From: Octopus vulgaris
Taxonomy: Eukaryota
Reading direction: 5' to 3'
DNA: 64,000 bases
Assembly (NCBI GenBank): GCA_951406725.2
Contig: OX597836.1
Span: forward strand, 9,982,001 to 10,046,000
The translations under genes and the position numbers were made by a program. The notes beneath the pieces are model-generated. The model did no database searches, was not told where the DNA came from, and was given only the letters and a program-made list of their open reading frames with translations. Shown here piece by piece: positions 14,360 through 28,481 of this stretch. Each line of letters begins with the position of its first letter. Position 1 is the first letter of the stretch.

Positions 14360-14384
14360 TATATATATATTTATATATGCTGTG

Positions 14385-14427
<43 letters not shown>

Positions 14428-14802
14428 CACACACACACATACATATGCACCCTCACAGACACATATGCTTAAATATATCCTAAATATATCTCCTTCTGTG
14501 TATATATATACTACCAAACATGATTTTTATAGAACTCCTATTTTTATTGAACTCCTAATATTTTTATTGAATTCCTAATACTTTTTGTTTAATATTTTCT
14601 CAAGATATTTCCTTGTAATCTGTTTCTAACATTTTCTTATTATTATCAAAGAATGTATATATGTATTGTAATATTTTGTGACAACCAATACTTAGCACAA
14701 CAAAGCTTATACAAAGCTTTACATTTTACTTTTGACAATCTTTTTCTAAAAAAGTGAAACCAGCCAAGTAAATAAGCATCTTTAAAACTGTATATATATA
14801 TA

Positions 14803-15199
14803 CTAGCAGTATCGCCCGGCGTTGCTCGGGTTTGTTTCGACGCTTTAGAATTGGAATTTTTGAAAAGTACAAATTTTGCATTATGTAGCTTGTTATTCTC
14901 TTTAACTGAACATTTTTCTGGTTGAAATACACCGAAAAATGGTGACACGGCAGTAAAAAAATCATTAAAAAATAGGGATTTTCATAGAAAAAAAAGGACC
15001 TTTTTGATGTAAATAAATTTTGGTGTTAACATGGTCTGATTTGAATTTTATCTTCTACGGAAGGAAAGAGTAAGCCTTCTTCTATCATACTCTCAATTTT
15101 GGTCAACTTGTGCCGCAGGGTCTCGGAGGAGATAGTGTTAGTTGAAGGCTACCAAACCTGCCATACACAGACAACTTCAGCTTTATATATATAGAGAGA
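14803..15199 (-). mobile_element. Non-autonomous Helitron-like element
   Basis: Reverse-complement copy of the same family, starting CTAGCAGTATCGCCCGGCGTTGCTCGGG on the + strand. Confidence 0.8.
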
Positions 15200-15244
15200 T
15201 ATATGCTGTACTTGAGAAGACCCATCAAGCCGAGTGAAATTGCA

Positions 15245-15350
15245 TTGAAGAGGTTGACTGAGGAAGATTTGGGACAAGGTGGTGAAGCATGATCTTTGAA
15301 CGCCGGGCCTCATGGAGGCAATGACAAGCAATTGAGACCTTTGGTAATAT
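15245..15350 (+). mobile_element. RTE-type LINE C-terminal remnant
   Basis: Degenerate RG*LRKIWDKVVKHDL*TPGLMEAMTSN*DLW resembles the RTE end GRPRKTW...DR..W. Confidence 0.5.
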
Positions 15351-16330
15351 GCTGTACCTGAGAAGACCTGTCAAGCCAGGTGAAATCATAGCTGTGACCA
15401 ATGCCAGTGTGGAATACCTAGCACATAAATAGCACCCTTTGAACATTGGGTGATATGCTGTGCTTAAGAAAACCTGTCAAGACAAGTCAAATCATTGACA
15501 TGGCCAATGCTAGTGTTGCAGTACCCATGCTGGTGGCACATAAAAAAGCACCCTTTGAACTTTGGGGCTGAAAGGGTAAAGAATGAAAGGCAAAGTTAGT
15601 AGTGTTTGAACTCACAACACTGTGAGTCAGAACAATTACTGCCAACCAATTTATCTGTCATTTGAACGATTCTGCCAATTGGCCAGCTAATTCCTCAAAA
15701 TATGTTGCCGTAAAATACCTACTTAACAATAAGCTTTTCCATGGAACTACTTCTCCAAAATATAAATTCTAACACTAACCAGTCGGTTACGAGAATAGGA
15801 ATTATATCAAAAGTATTGCAATAACTCCATGAAAAATCATTGATTTCAATGACTTTCCTTGCCAAAAATCGGTAAAGATTTACAAAACCACAACAAAAGA
15901 AATCAAAATGGTTGTTGCTTACCGATATGAGGCCATTAATCAGCAGGATGAAATGGATTGGATTGGAGTCAAAATATCAACATCTGGTAGGAATACAAAG
16001 AGCTACAGGGAAGGCACAAACAAGGCAAGGTATATTGATTTTAATTCCGAAGTAAGACATGAAAAGTTATTTTAAAGGAAAAAGTCTGATTTCCTACATA
16101 AAGATTCTTTTTCATGTAGATAACGGTATGTAAGGAACCATTATTAAAAGTAATGTGAGCGATATGGCTAGATTCTTATGTTGGATAAGAAACGGGGGTT
16201 TAGCTGGCATAATTTTGGTGAAGATATTATTTATTGTATCATTTAAGAAAGGAATAAATAAAGGAAGGAAGGAAAGAAGGAAGAAAGTAGTAAAGACACA
16301 AACACACACACACATATATGTACATGCATG

Positions 16331-16560
16331 GGCGGCGAGCTGGCAGAAACGTTAGCACGCCGGGCGAAATGCGTAGCCATATTTCGTCTGTCGTTACATT
16401 CTGAGTTCAAATTCCGTTGAGGTTGACTTTGCCTTTCATCCTTTCGGGGTCGATAAATTAAGTACCAGTTTTGCACTGGGGTCGATGTAATCGACTTAAT
16501 CCCTTTGTCTGTCTTTGTTTGTCCCCTCTATGTTTAGCCCCTTGTGGGTAGTAAAGAAAT
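16331..16560 (+). mobile_element. tRNA-derived SINE family B, MetaSINE-like (representative copy)
   Basis: GGCGGCGAGCTGGCAGAAACGTTAGC...GAGTTCAAATTCC, then GAGGT(C/T)GACTTTGCCTTTCATCCTTTCGGGGTCGATAAATTAAGTACC, resembling the Meta domain. Copies at ~16980(-), 19905-20175, 32008, 32977, 33243, 40325, 43195, 52315-52760, 55916 and 61383. Confidence 0.8.
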
Positions 16561-16690
16561 ATATATGTACACGCACACACATAAATATATGCATGTCCAT
16601 ACATAGATATATAAGGCGGTGCTCCGGCATGGCCGCAGTCAAAATGACTGAAACAAGTAAGAGTAAAAGAGTAAGAGAGATATATATATA

Positions 16691-16781
16691 CTAGCAGTAT
16701 CGCCCGGCATTGCTTGGGTTTGTTTCGACCCTTTAGAATTGGAATTTTTGAAAAGTACAAATTTTGCGTTATGTAGCTTGG
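16691..16781 (-). mobile_element. Helitron-like element, 3'-end fragment
   Basis: CTAGCAGTATCGCCCGGCATTGCTTGGG...ATGTAGCTTG, then the sequence diverges. Confidence 0.7.
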
Positions 16782-17869
16782 ATGTTAAAAGAATTCAGCC
16801 TCAACCAGCGCCAATGACAATGATTGTTTTCAGCCTGAGCAATGTTCTTGTTTCTAATTTTAATGTTCCACAGGGCTTCAGCGAATTTATGCAATTTCAT
16901 TTAAATTTTTTTTTTAAATACTTTTTAGTCAGGAATAAAGGCATTTGTCTGTAGCTCTTTACAAGTCCTCTAAAACATTTATTTCTTTATTGGCCACAAG
17001 GGGCTAAATACATAGGGGACAAATAAGGACAGGCAAAGGGATTAAGTCGATTACATTGACCCCCTAGTGCGTAACTGGTACTTAATTTATCGACCCTGAG
17101 AGGATGAAAGGCAAAGTCGACCTCGGCAGAATTTGAACTCAGAACGTAACGACAGATGAAAGTTCTCTAAAACTTGTGGAAGGGAGACACGGAGGAAAGA
17201 AGGCATGGAAGAAAGAAGATGTCCTCAAACCAAAGGTCTGTCTGAAGTGATTGAAACAGAGTGGACTCTACTATAGAGACCCATAGGTGCTAGGTTGTGA
17301 TGGTGGTGGTGGTGGTATTAATCCGATGAAGTAAATCTAAACTTAAGTAGGCCAGGGTAGGATTTGAACTCACAATGCATATAGCCAAAACGAAAGAATG
17401 AATACAATAATACATCTAGTCTGATTTTCATACAGCACTGGCTTGAGAATACGGGGTTCAGGGGATGTAAGTGTACCCCTTAAAATTTTTGATGGGCAAT
17501 GAAAAGGCTATCAACATCCTGGGTTGGACCTGGGTTTGCACCCCTTAAGCAAGTTTTGTTCCCACATTTATGCATAAAGAAACTACATTGAATCAATCAG
17601 TAATAATTTTTTTTAATCAACCTCAAAGGAATGAAAAGCAAAATAAAAAGGAAATTAGACGGCAGTGGGATTTGAACCTAGGACCTAGATAGTTGGAATA
17701 ACCCCCCCCCCCCCAAAGAAAAAAAGCATAGAGCATGATGCTCTAATGACTGCCAATTGCCTTCGGGAGAAAGACACAGCTTTTCTTAGAACATTTACCA
17801 ATTTGCTGAACTAGAAAAAAAAATTGCTTCTTGGCTAGTTTTGAAATACTACCATATCGTTCACTTAAT

Positions 17870-17954
<85 letters not shown>

Positions 17955-18015
17955 ATATATATATGTATACATTTACATATATATATGTATATACATATAA
18001 ATATATATATATATT

Positions 18016-18057
<42 letters not shown>

Positions 18058-18117
18058 TATATATATACATTTACATATATATATATGTATATTTACATAT
18101 AAATATATATACGTATT

Positions 18118-18148
<31 letters not shown>

Positions 18149-18326
18149 GTATACATTTACATATATATATGTATATACGTATAAATATATATATATTCAT
18201 ACATATATATATATATATATGTATACATTTACATATATATATGTATATACATATAAATATATATATATATTCATACATATATACACACATTTATATATCA
18301 TGTATATTAATTCATGTATATATATT

Positions 18327-18365
<39 letters not shown>

Positions 18366-19229
18366 ACATGCATAGACAAAAATACATGTAAATTAAAATC
18401 TATTCTTTGCAATTATCACATTCCAACCAATGTCTCTAATCTCAAAGTTTTTAATTTCCCTCTGACACATAACTAAAAACGAACAATTATATTTCAGTTT
18501 CGTTGTAGTAGTTTTTGGCGTTTTGTTTATCAATCTTTTAGAAATAACACGTTTTCTAAAACTATGTCACAGCCTTCTCACACAAGAATCACACATTCTA
18601 AGAAATAGCACCATTGTGTTTATTGATTTCTCTTTTGAGAGTATTGATTTCTTAATGCTGAAACAATTGGTGGATGGGTAGTTTTGAGGTTAACATCTTT
18701 CCCAAGAGCATCACTCATAAGTAAATATTAAGCTTGTACAAATTCAAACCGTTGTTATTTTATTTTACCTTTTCATTTTCATTTTCTGTCTCAAATAATT
18801 TGCGTGGGCAAAAGGCGTAGGTGTAGGAGGTGTAGTCATAGCTGTGTGGAAAGAAATTTGCTTCTTAATTGCATGTTTTCGGGTTCCATCCCACTGTGTC
18901 GCACCTTGGGCAAGTGTCTTCTGCTATAACTCCAAGCTAACCAAAGTCTCGTGAGTGCGTTTGGTAGATGGAAACTGAAAGAAGCCTGTCATGTGTATAC
19001 ATATATACATACATACAGATATATATATGTGATAGATCGTTAGCCACTACACACATTTTTTTCTCTCCTTATTTCTCTCCTTGTTTTTTTCTGTGTCTCT
19101 TTCTGTCGAAGAGTGTAGGCTCGAAACGTAAAAGACTTGGTCTATTTCTATTCCTGAGCATTATACTAATACATCTGTTTGTTTTCTATACCACCTGTCT
19201 TCGTCTTTTGTTTTTTCATGAACTCTCCC

Positions 19230-19275
<46 letters not shown>

Positions 19276-19599
19276 TGTATGTATGTATGTATGTATGTAT
19301 GTATGTATGTATAAAGATATATAACGTAATCAGAGTTTATGAAATCAGCATGTGATTTCAATGGAAATCTTATATGCATATATACATAGAAAGGGGTGTT
19401 GTAAAGCTCCAGGCTTTAAGGGTATCATGAAAGGCCTGGTTGCAGACCCAACCTTCCAAATTCCTTTACAGGGTTTAGGAAAATTGAAGAATCATTGAAA
19501 TAAGTATGCGAATCTAAGAGTGGAATATGTTGAATAAAATCATAATTAACTGATGCTCCTGTATTTTCTTTTACCTAAAGCCAGGAAAGGTTTAATTTT

Positions 19600-20520
19600 T
19601 CTAAATATGATCCCTGGACAGATATGTATTTCTCCCATTGATTAGCAAGGTCAGTTATGCCTCATCAATAACAATCCAAAGGTTTTGATACCCAGAAATC
19701 CTTGATTTCAGTTTCGACCTTGGTTTTGGAACAAAAGGGTTTTTACCATAAAAAAGTGTCTAGGTGCTTGAAAAAGTGGGATTTGGTGGGCAAAAGGAAA
19801 GATCAGGAGAATATGGAGGATGTGGTAAAGTCTTGTATCCCAAGTCTGTGAGCTTCTGCAGTGTCATCCTGGAAATGTGCAGTCAAGCGTTGTCATGGAG
19901 CAGAACTGGAGCTGGCAGAATCATTAGCATGCCAGGCGAAATGCTTAGCAGTATTTCGACTGTCGCTATGTTCTGAGTTCAAATTCTGCCAAGGATAGAC
20001 AAACGGATTAAGTCGATTACATCGACCCCAGTGCGTAACTGGTACTTAATTTATCGACCCTGAAATGATGAAAGGCAAATTCGACCTCAGTGGAATTTGA
20101 ACTCTGAACGTAAAGACAGACGAAATACTGCTAAGCATTTCGCCCGGCATGCTAACGTTTCTGCCAGCTCGCTACCTCTACTTTCTTGACCTTCATTTCT
20201 CTCATGCCCACTATGGAATCTCTCAAACCACTGATGTACCATCCAGTCACTAGTAGGCTCTTCACCCCATGCTCTGTTGATATTGGTGGGTGTTTGGGAA
20301 GAATTATGTCCAAGCTTGAATTCATGCAAAAAAAAAAAGTAAATGCATTTCTTTTTTTTTCATATTTCAAATTCAAGATTTCTATGCTTCAAAATTATAT
20401 TCTGAAAGAAATCAATAAAAATTTATTAAAGAATACACATTAATTATTAAGCATGTAAAATTTCGTCTAAAACACTACAAAACTGTCCTCTTAAATTGAA
20501 TTTGAAAAAATGCTTTGGAA
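19600..20520 (-). mobile_element. mariner (DD34D-type) transposase remnant, internally deleted and SINE-interrupted
   Basis: N-terminal HTH MHEFKLGHNSSQTPTNINRAWGEE...VHQWFERFHSG (20180-20330) and catalytic-region motifs LLHDNA and LPHPPYSPDL (~19790-19905). Confidence 0.8.
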
Positions 20521-20908
20521 AAATCAGACAGTATTCTTCAAATAACCTTTATATATATATGTATGTATACGCTTGCTGATCAATTGTTTTGTCTCATTTT
20601 GTCTCAAAGTCGTAAGACGCCCCTGTATCATTCCTGTTTTTATTCGTTACTGTTTCCAATTTTATCTTCGTCTCTTGTTTTCCTATTCGTCTCGGTTGTC
20701 ACATTCTTTCCTTCTACCAAGCAAATCTAATGCCCATAGCTTAGCTTTTCCTTGGGGCTGGCCTTTTCGGAGCAAATCTCAGAATTAAACAGCCGAAATT
20801 TGCCATGATGAATCGGTTTCTGACTGAAGAATGAAGGCTCTGAATTACTGTCCGTTTTTCCGTGTTTGTCAATTCGTGAATTTCACGTTCTTTATATATA
20901 AGTTTTAT

Positions 20909-20941
<33 letters not shown>

Positions 20942-21172
20942 AAGCATAATTATAATTAGGGGTCAGCTAATTGATTCGCCACGCACTGAATTTAGAAATA
21001 GCAGTTAAAATACTTTTTCTGCTACCATAAATATCTCCCAGACAGTAACACACTTTTTTTACATAGGTAAAGAAAAAAAATAATGAATGCACACACATAT
21101 ATATATGCATATATATATATTTATATACACACGGACACGCACACACTCACACACATATATATATATGAATAC

Positions 21173-21214
<42 letters not shown>

Positions 21215-21387
21215 AGGCACATGACCTAGTGGTTACAGCAGCGGACTAGTGGCTGAGGGATCATGGGTTCGAATCTCAGACCGGGCGATGTGTGTGTTTT
21301 TGGGCAAGTGTCTTCTACTATAGCCTTGGGATGACCAAAGCCTTGTGAGTGGATTTGGTAGACGGAAACTGAAAGAAGCCCGTCGTA

Positions 21388-21445
<58 letters not shown>

Positions 21446-22278
21446 AGTGTGTGTATATGTTTGTGTGTCTGTGTTTGTGCCCCCAACATTGCTTGACAAC
21501 CGATGCTGGTGTATTTACGTCCCTGTAACTTAGCGGTTTGGCAAAAGAGAACGATAGAATAAGTACTAGGCTTAAAAATAATAAGTCCTGGGTTCGATTT
21601 GCTCGACTAAAAGGCAATGCTCCAGCATGGCCACAGTCAAATGACTGAAACAAGTAAAAGAGTAAAAGAGTAAAGAGTATATATATATACACACGCATAC
21701 ATACATATATAAATATATATATATATTTGCATGCATACATATATATATATATATATATATCCATACACATACACATATATAAACATATATATATACGCAT
21801 ACACACACACTCACACACATATATATGTATATGCATGTATACACACACACATATACATATATATGTATATGCATGTATACACACACACATATACATACAT
21901 ATATGCATACACACACGCACACATATACATAGATATATGCATACACACATACACACACACACACACACATGTATATGCCTATATAAAATCGTCCATGAGT
22001 TATCTTTAAATGTGAGATAATTAAATTGAAGATATATAATCCATTTATTAAAGATTAGAAAAGTGGTGGCTAATGGCCATTGAACAAAGCTGTAATGGAA
22101 TAAGGTTTTCTCTCACATCAAAAAACACGTGTTTGAAATAATTGTCCCTCATATCTTCGTTAATATCTCTTTGCTGATTAAGTTCTTTATCTTAGTGACT
22201 TACTTTACAAAAAAAAGAAAGAAAATCTTTACTATTCATTCAATTTGTTCATTCACTCATTTCATGTCTGTTTTGAGG

Positions 22279-22642
22279 CCGCTGTGGTGATCTCATTCTT
22301 GCTCACAACATCATAAGCGGAAAGTGTAACCTCTCGAAAGAGCTGTTCTTCACTCCTGCTCCAGAGCGTCGGCTGCGGGGTCACTCCGAAAAGCTCTATC
22401 TGCGACGATTTCATCTCGATCGAAGGAGAGGGGCTTTCTCCGTCCGGGTTGCGGATCTGTGGAATAAGCTGCCGGACGAGATAGTGAAGATGCCGAAGAC
22501 CGCTCGGTTCAAAGTCTCCCTTGACCGGAAATGGCCTGAACTCTTTGCATGAACACCACCCTGTACATAACTCCATGTCCCCCTACATGGCCTTGCTTTT
22601 TGCTTTTTGAGCCAAAAAATTAACTTAACTTAACTTAGCTTA
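22279..22642 (+). mobile_element. 5'-truncated CR1-clade LINE 3' end
   Basis: Open frame 22280-22552: RCGDLILAHNII...RLRGHSEKLYLRRFHLDRRRGAFSVRVADLWNKLPDEIV...FKVSLD, typical of the CR1 ORF2 C-terminus. Ends in a (TTAAC)n tail; GC-rich relative to flanks. Confidence 0.88.
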
Positions 22643-22890
22643 AAAACACATAAGCACTGGGGTTTGTTCAAACAACTTTGAGACAGTGCCCCAGCATGGC
22701 CGCAGTCCAATGACTGAAGCAAGAGCAAAAAAAAAAAAATAAAAGATAAACATACACACACATTAATAGAGAGGGAGTGGGTTTCGTCAAACAGATTAAG
22801 TTGGACAAATGTAGGGAATAAATAATTACATAATTACCACACAGCTAATTAAAAAATTAGCAAATTCCCCTCTCTTTCTCTCTCTCTCTG

Positions 22891-22922
<32 letters not shown>

Positions 22923-22969
22923 ACATACATATATATATATGTATATATATATATGTATATATATATATG

Positions 22970-23054
<85 letters not shown>

Positions 23055-23059
23055 GTGTG

Positions 23060-23116
<57 letters not shown>

Positions 23117-23477
23117 GTATATATATATATATGTATATATATGTATGTATATATATTTGTATATATATATATATATATGTATGTATATATATGTAATCTA
23201 GTGATGAGTAATTTGGGTTAAACGTCCTGCACAATTAGCGTTTGGGAAACCTGACATTTTGGCCTAGATAGGGTTTTTTTTTATCAATAACTGTGTATTG
23301 AGCGAGATGTGGAACTGGCCAAAGTCTGAGATAATTTATGGCATAGATGAGTAAATATTTATTCTTTAACTCTATGGGACATTGAGACGCATAGCTTAGT
23401 GGTTAGGGTGTTGGACTCGTGGTTTTAAGATTGTGGATTTGGTTTCTGGATTGGGGGCGATGTGTTGTGTTCTTGTG

Positions 23478-24099
23478 CAGGGTCGGATTAAGGCCCATCG
23501 AGGCCCTAAGCACTTAAAAGATTTTGGTACCCCACCATAAAGGATTATGTAATTTAAAATATAAACAAAAACAAACCATAAAATAAATTTTTATTTTTCA
23601 AAAAGAAACAAAACAGTAAAAGAGGGAAAATAATGTTTATTTTTGTCTACTTCCATTTTATTTAGATTTAAAAAGTTTCCTCCTACTTTCTCTCTTTCTT
23701 TCTTTCTATCTCTCTTTCTTTCTTTTTTCTTTCTTTCTCTCTTTATTTCTTTCTTCCTTCCTTTCTTTCTTTCTTGCTTTCTTTCATTCTTTCTTCCTTC
23801 CTTCTTTTCTTTCTTTCATTCTTTCTTTCTTTCTTTCTTTCTTCCTTCCTTCCTTCCTTTCTTTCTCTCCTTCTTTCTTCCTCTCTCTCTCTCTCTATCT
23901 CTGTCTCTCATTAATCTTAGGCAACACATCTGCATCTATACTCAGTAGAGATAAAGACATCCCGAATATTATTTTAGCAAGTTTACAGTGATTTCTTTTG
24001 TGCCGTTAACCATTTACCATTTCTGTGGTGCCCCTCCCCCTCCTTCCCTTGATGCCCTAAACACCTGCTTATTTTGCTTAATGGGTTAATCCAGCACTG
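23478..24099 (+). mobile_element. hAT-type MITE with 8-bp TSD
   Basis: Imperfect TIRs CAGGGTCGGATTAA...TTAATCCAGCACTG, flanked by direct repeat TTCTTGTG (23470-23477 and 24100-24107). Confidence 0.88.
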
Positions 24100-24809
24100 T
24101 TCTTGTGCCAAACACTTCATTTCGAGTTATTCAACTCCACTCAACTAGCAAAACTGAATAATCCCGCAATGGATTGGTGTCCCATCCAGAGGTGAATATA
24201 TTTGTCAGAGAATCTGGGAAATAGTTTATGGCGTAGATGAGTAAAACATTTATGCTTTAACTCTATGGGATATTGAGGTACATAGCTTAGTGGTTAGGGT
24301 GTTCGACTCATGGTTTTAAGATTGTAGTTTTGATTCTTGGTCTGGTCAATGTATTGTGTTCTTGTGCCAAACACTTAATTTCGGAATAATCCTGTGATGG
24401 TCTGGCATCCCATCCAGGGGGAATATTTACACCGGAAAATCTGAGAAACTGGACCTTTGAGTCTATATGCCACAGGAAAGGACTTTGGTAGAATTTTAGT
24501 TGAAGCAACCCTTATGATTGACCATAATTTTTTTTTTATTTTGGGGAATTTTCAGAAAACTTTTTGTGAATGTGTTTCTACACATGGGAATTCTTACAAT
24601 TATGAAAAAAGTTTTTCTTTTAATTCCTCCACACCATAAATCCTAATATTTCCACTCTTTTTCAAATTATCTTTTTGAAAAATCAGAGTTTAAAATATGG
24701 TCAGTCTGAATATCTTGCTTAAATCCCAGCAATGGATCACCCTTGGATGCATCGTCATTCCCTTGAATGTGTTTATGGGAAGAAAAATACTGGAAAAAAT
24801 CAATACATA

Positions 24810-25348
24810 GGCGCAGGAGTGGCTGTGTGGTAAGTAGCTTGCTTACCAACCAAATGGTTCCGGGTTCATTCCCACTGCGTGGCATCTTGGGCAAGTGTCT
24901 TCTACTATAGCCTCAGGCCGACCAAAGCCTTGTGAGTGGATTTGGAGACGGAAACTGAAAGAAGCCCATCGTATATATGTATATATATATATATGTGTGT
25001 GCAAGTGTCTTCTACTATAGCCTCGGCCGACCAAAGCCTTGTGAGTGGATTTGGAGAGGAAACTGAAAGAAGCCCTCGTATATATGTATATATATATATA
25101 TTTTGCATGTATGTTTGTGTGTCTGTGTTTGTCCGCCTAGCATTGCTTGACAACCGATGCTGGTGTGTTTATGTCCCCGTAACTTAGCGGTTCGGCAAAA
25201 GAGACCGATAGAATAAGTACTAGGCTTAACAAAGAATAAGTCCCGGGGGTCGAGTTGCACGACTAAAAGGCGGTGCTCCAGCATGGCCGCAGTCAAATGA
25301 CTGAAACAAGTAAAAGAGTAAAAGAGTAGAAGAGTAAAGAGTAAGAGA
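24810..25348 (+). mobile_element. SINE family A copy with an internal ~110-bp duplication
   Basis: Segment GCAAGTGTCTTCTACTATAGCC...GAAAGAAGCCC occurs at both 24891 and 25001. Confidence 0.88.
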
Positions 25349-25889
25349 TATCAACACTAACTTAACTGTTGTTTTTTTCCTGCAGATGGCGTCTCTGAAT
25401 CAATTTTACTGCGTTCATCGACGTCGTCGTTTAATCCATGCACCACTTGCATTGAACCAAACAAAGACGGAATAGAGTTCTCTATCATCTCCATTCCTAT
25501 TCATCTCATCAATAACCTCCCAGCGTCTTTAGATTACTGGACATGCTTCTGATAATGTCTTCCTGTGTCTAAGACGTACAACGACTGAACACTTAAGTCG
25601 GCTCCTTTTGATGTTTTTAATAAGAAAATGCCTAAAGTAATACATTTTTGCAGAAGATATATATATAGTTACAGGTGTGGTTTTGTGGTTAAGATGTTTG
25701 ATTTGCACAAGTGGGGTGCTGGGTTCGGTTCCACTTTGCAGCACCTTAGGCATGTGTCTCCTACTAAAAGCTGTGGGCCGACCAATGCTTTGTAAGGGAA
25801 TTTGGTTGATGGGAACTCGGTGCAAGCCATCGCGCGCGTGTGTGTGTGTGTGTGTGTGTGTGTGTACATATATATACATACATATATTG

Positions 25890-25936
<47 letters not shown>

Positions 25937-26469
25937 TAAATATATGTATGTACGTACATACATACATATATTACTGGATGTAATAGGGTATCTACAAGAT
26001 ACCCTAATTTATAATTTTAATAATTATTACCTTTGAAGGTTATTTTTTCCATGCTGACCACTTGATAAAATCGTTATTTTATTTTAAATTAACGATCTTA
26101 TCCTTATTTATATAAATATATATATATATATATGTATGTATGTACACACACATATATATATGTATGTATGTATATATACACACACACACACACGTGTGTG
26201 TGTTTGTGTATATAGGGTGCAATAAGTGAATTGTTGTATTTTATATTTTTAATTTTGCACATGTGCCTCGTTTGTTTTCGATTTTGTTGACTACACAGTA
26301 TAGTAGGGTCAGTCGGACACCATCTGTGAGAAAAACAGCAACACAACGCAATTTACTCTGCCAGAAATTTGGAAATGACAAGCTGTAATGCTTGGCATTC
26401 GTGCCTGAAGCTCCAATATGAACATTTCAGAGTGTTGGGTGTCAATCTGAGTTCCCAAAACATGTAGCG

Positions 26470-27215
26470 AGAATGATAAAAACCAAACATCCAGTCGACA
26501 TGGTGTTTGGAGTGATCACTATTGATGGTGACGTTATGCCTCCATTCATCTTCCCACACAGCCTTAGACTCAACACGGAGGTCTACATCAAGTGCCTGGA
26601 GAATTAAAGGTTTTATAAAGAGAAATAAAGGGCTTTATAGGCAAGCGATGATTCATAACCACATCTCAAAGAATTATACAGTTTTGTTATTCGAATTCTG
26701 GGTCCGGTCGATCCCGTTTTTCTGTAAATTTATGCTTTTATAACAAACGGAACCCTTGGCAAGACTTCCGCCCCACCCCAAGCCATCCTTAAATTTTTTT
26801 TTTTTTTTGGCTATGGGGAATATGAATCTGCAAAAAAATTTGGCAAAAATCGACATTTCTAAATTACCCCCACCCCTATTTCCTTCCATTCTTAACTTTT
26901 TTCACTTTTTTGCTGCCCTGGGTCAAGAGGTTGGCTGCTGGAAGACCCTACGTCTGGCAACAGGACTCTGCACCATGCCACGCAATCAGGAGAACCCAGT
27001 CGTGGCTCTGAGACAATTTCCACGACCACATCACCCCTAACATCTGGTCACCAAACTCCCCAGACTGCAACCCCCTTAATTATTATGTATGGGGAGGGGG
27101 GTTTGCAGTTGCGTGAGATACCAACAAAACTCCTTGTAACACCAAAGATGAACTGAAGGCAAGGATTATGGCAGCATTCACCAAACTTCAACAAGGAGAC
27201 CGTCCAGAAGGCTTA
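26470..27215 (+). mobile_element. Tc1/mariner maT (DD37D-like) transposase remnant with a ~310-bp insertion
   Basis: MVFGVITIDGDVMPPFIFPHSLRLNTEVYIKCL, then after an insertion at ~26602-26910 PYVWQQDSAPCH...IWSPNSPDCNPLNYYVWG. Confidence 0.8.
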
Positions 27216-27898
27216 CAAAGAATAAGTGCTGGCGTCGATTTGTTCAACTAAAGGCGGTGCCCCAGCATGGCCGCAGACAAATGACTGAAACCAGTAAAAG
27301 AATCCGTACATAAAAAAAAGAATATGAAGAATTATTAATTAAAACATATGTAGGGGAGATAACTCTTCGTTTACTTATAGCTTTATGAATCAATAAACGA
27401 TATTTTGAATAAATTTGTAATTATTCTCTTCTAACCCAAATAAGGTCATAAATCTTTTGTTGTTGTTGTTGTCGCTATTACTATTATTATTGTTGTTATT
27501 ATTATCATTATTATTATTGTTGTTATTTTTGCTGTTGTTCTTTTCAATGTTATTCTCTCCTTTTATAATTGTCGGCTTCGTCCAATCTATCACACTGTTG
27601 GTGCAAGCATGGCTTGTGCGGTGAAAAAAGTTCACGTTGCAAGATCATGGTTCTGGGTTCGATTCCCAGTCTTCTGCCATAGCCCCAAGCTAGCCAATGC
27701 CTTGTGAGTAGCTATGGAAACCATGTGGAATCCTGCTTTATATTTACGTATATGAATGTGTATATTATATATATATATGTGTGTGTGTGCGTGTATATAT
27801 ATATATATATAGTATCTAGTTTCAGCTCACAAGCTGTGGCCATGCTGGGGCACCGCCATATATATATATATATATACATAAAAAATAATAATAATAAT

Positions 27899-27943
<45 letters not shown>

Positions 27944-28481
27944 CATGTGTATGTGTGTGTGAATGTGTGTGTGTACGTGTGTGTGTGTATCTATCTGTTC
28001 TCTCACCTGGTGTTGGTTTGTTTATGTCCCCATAACCTAGCTGATCAACAAAAGTAACGATGATGATGATGATAGATATATGATAATGATGACGACGACG
28101 ATGATGATATATGACATATATATATATATGTATGTATGTCTATGTATGTGTGTCTTTGTGCTTGTGTTTATCCCACCCCCATCACTGATTGACAACCAGT
28201 GTTGGTGTGTTTATGTCCCCATCACTTAGTGGTTTGACAAAAGAGACTGATAGAAAAAGTACCAGTTTTTAAAATGGAAATAAGTACTGGGATTGATAAG
28301 TTGATTAGTTCGACTAAAATCCCTCAGTGCAGTGCCCCAGCATGGCCTAATGGTCAAATGAATGAAACAAGTAAAAGACAAAAAAACACAATGCATTGTC
28401 CTGTCCAGGAATCAAAAAGACAACGTTACAATCACGAGTCCAAAACCTTAACCACTGAGCCATGTGTTTCCACTAAAGAAA

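Noticed and set aside
20815-20852. Further hammerhead at CTGAAGA (20826)
   Set aside because: There is no pairing stem II and no GAAAC; too degenerate to call.
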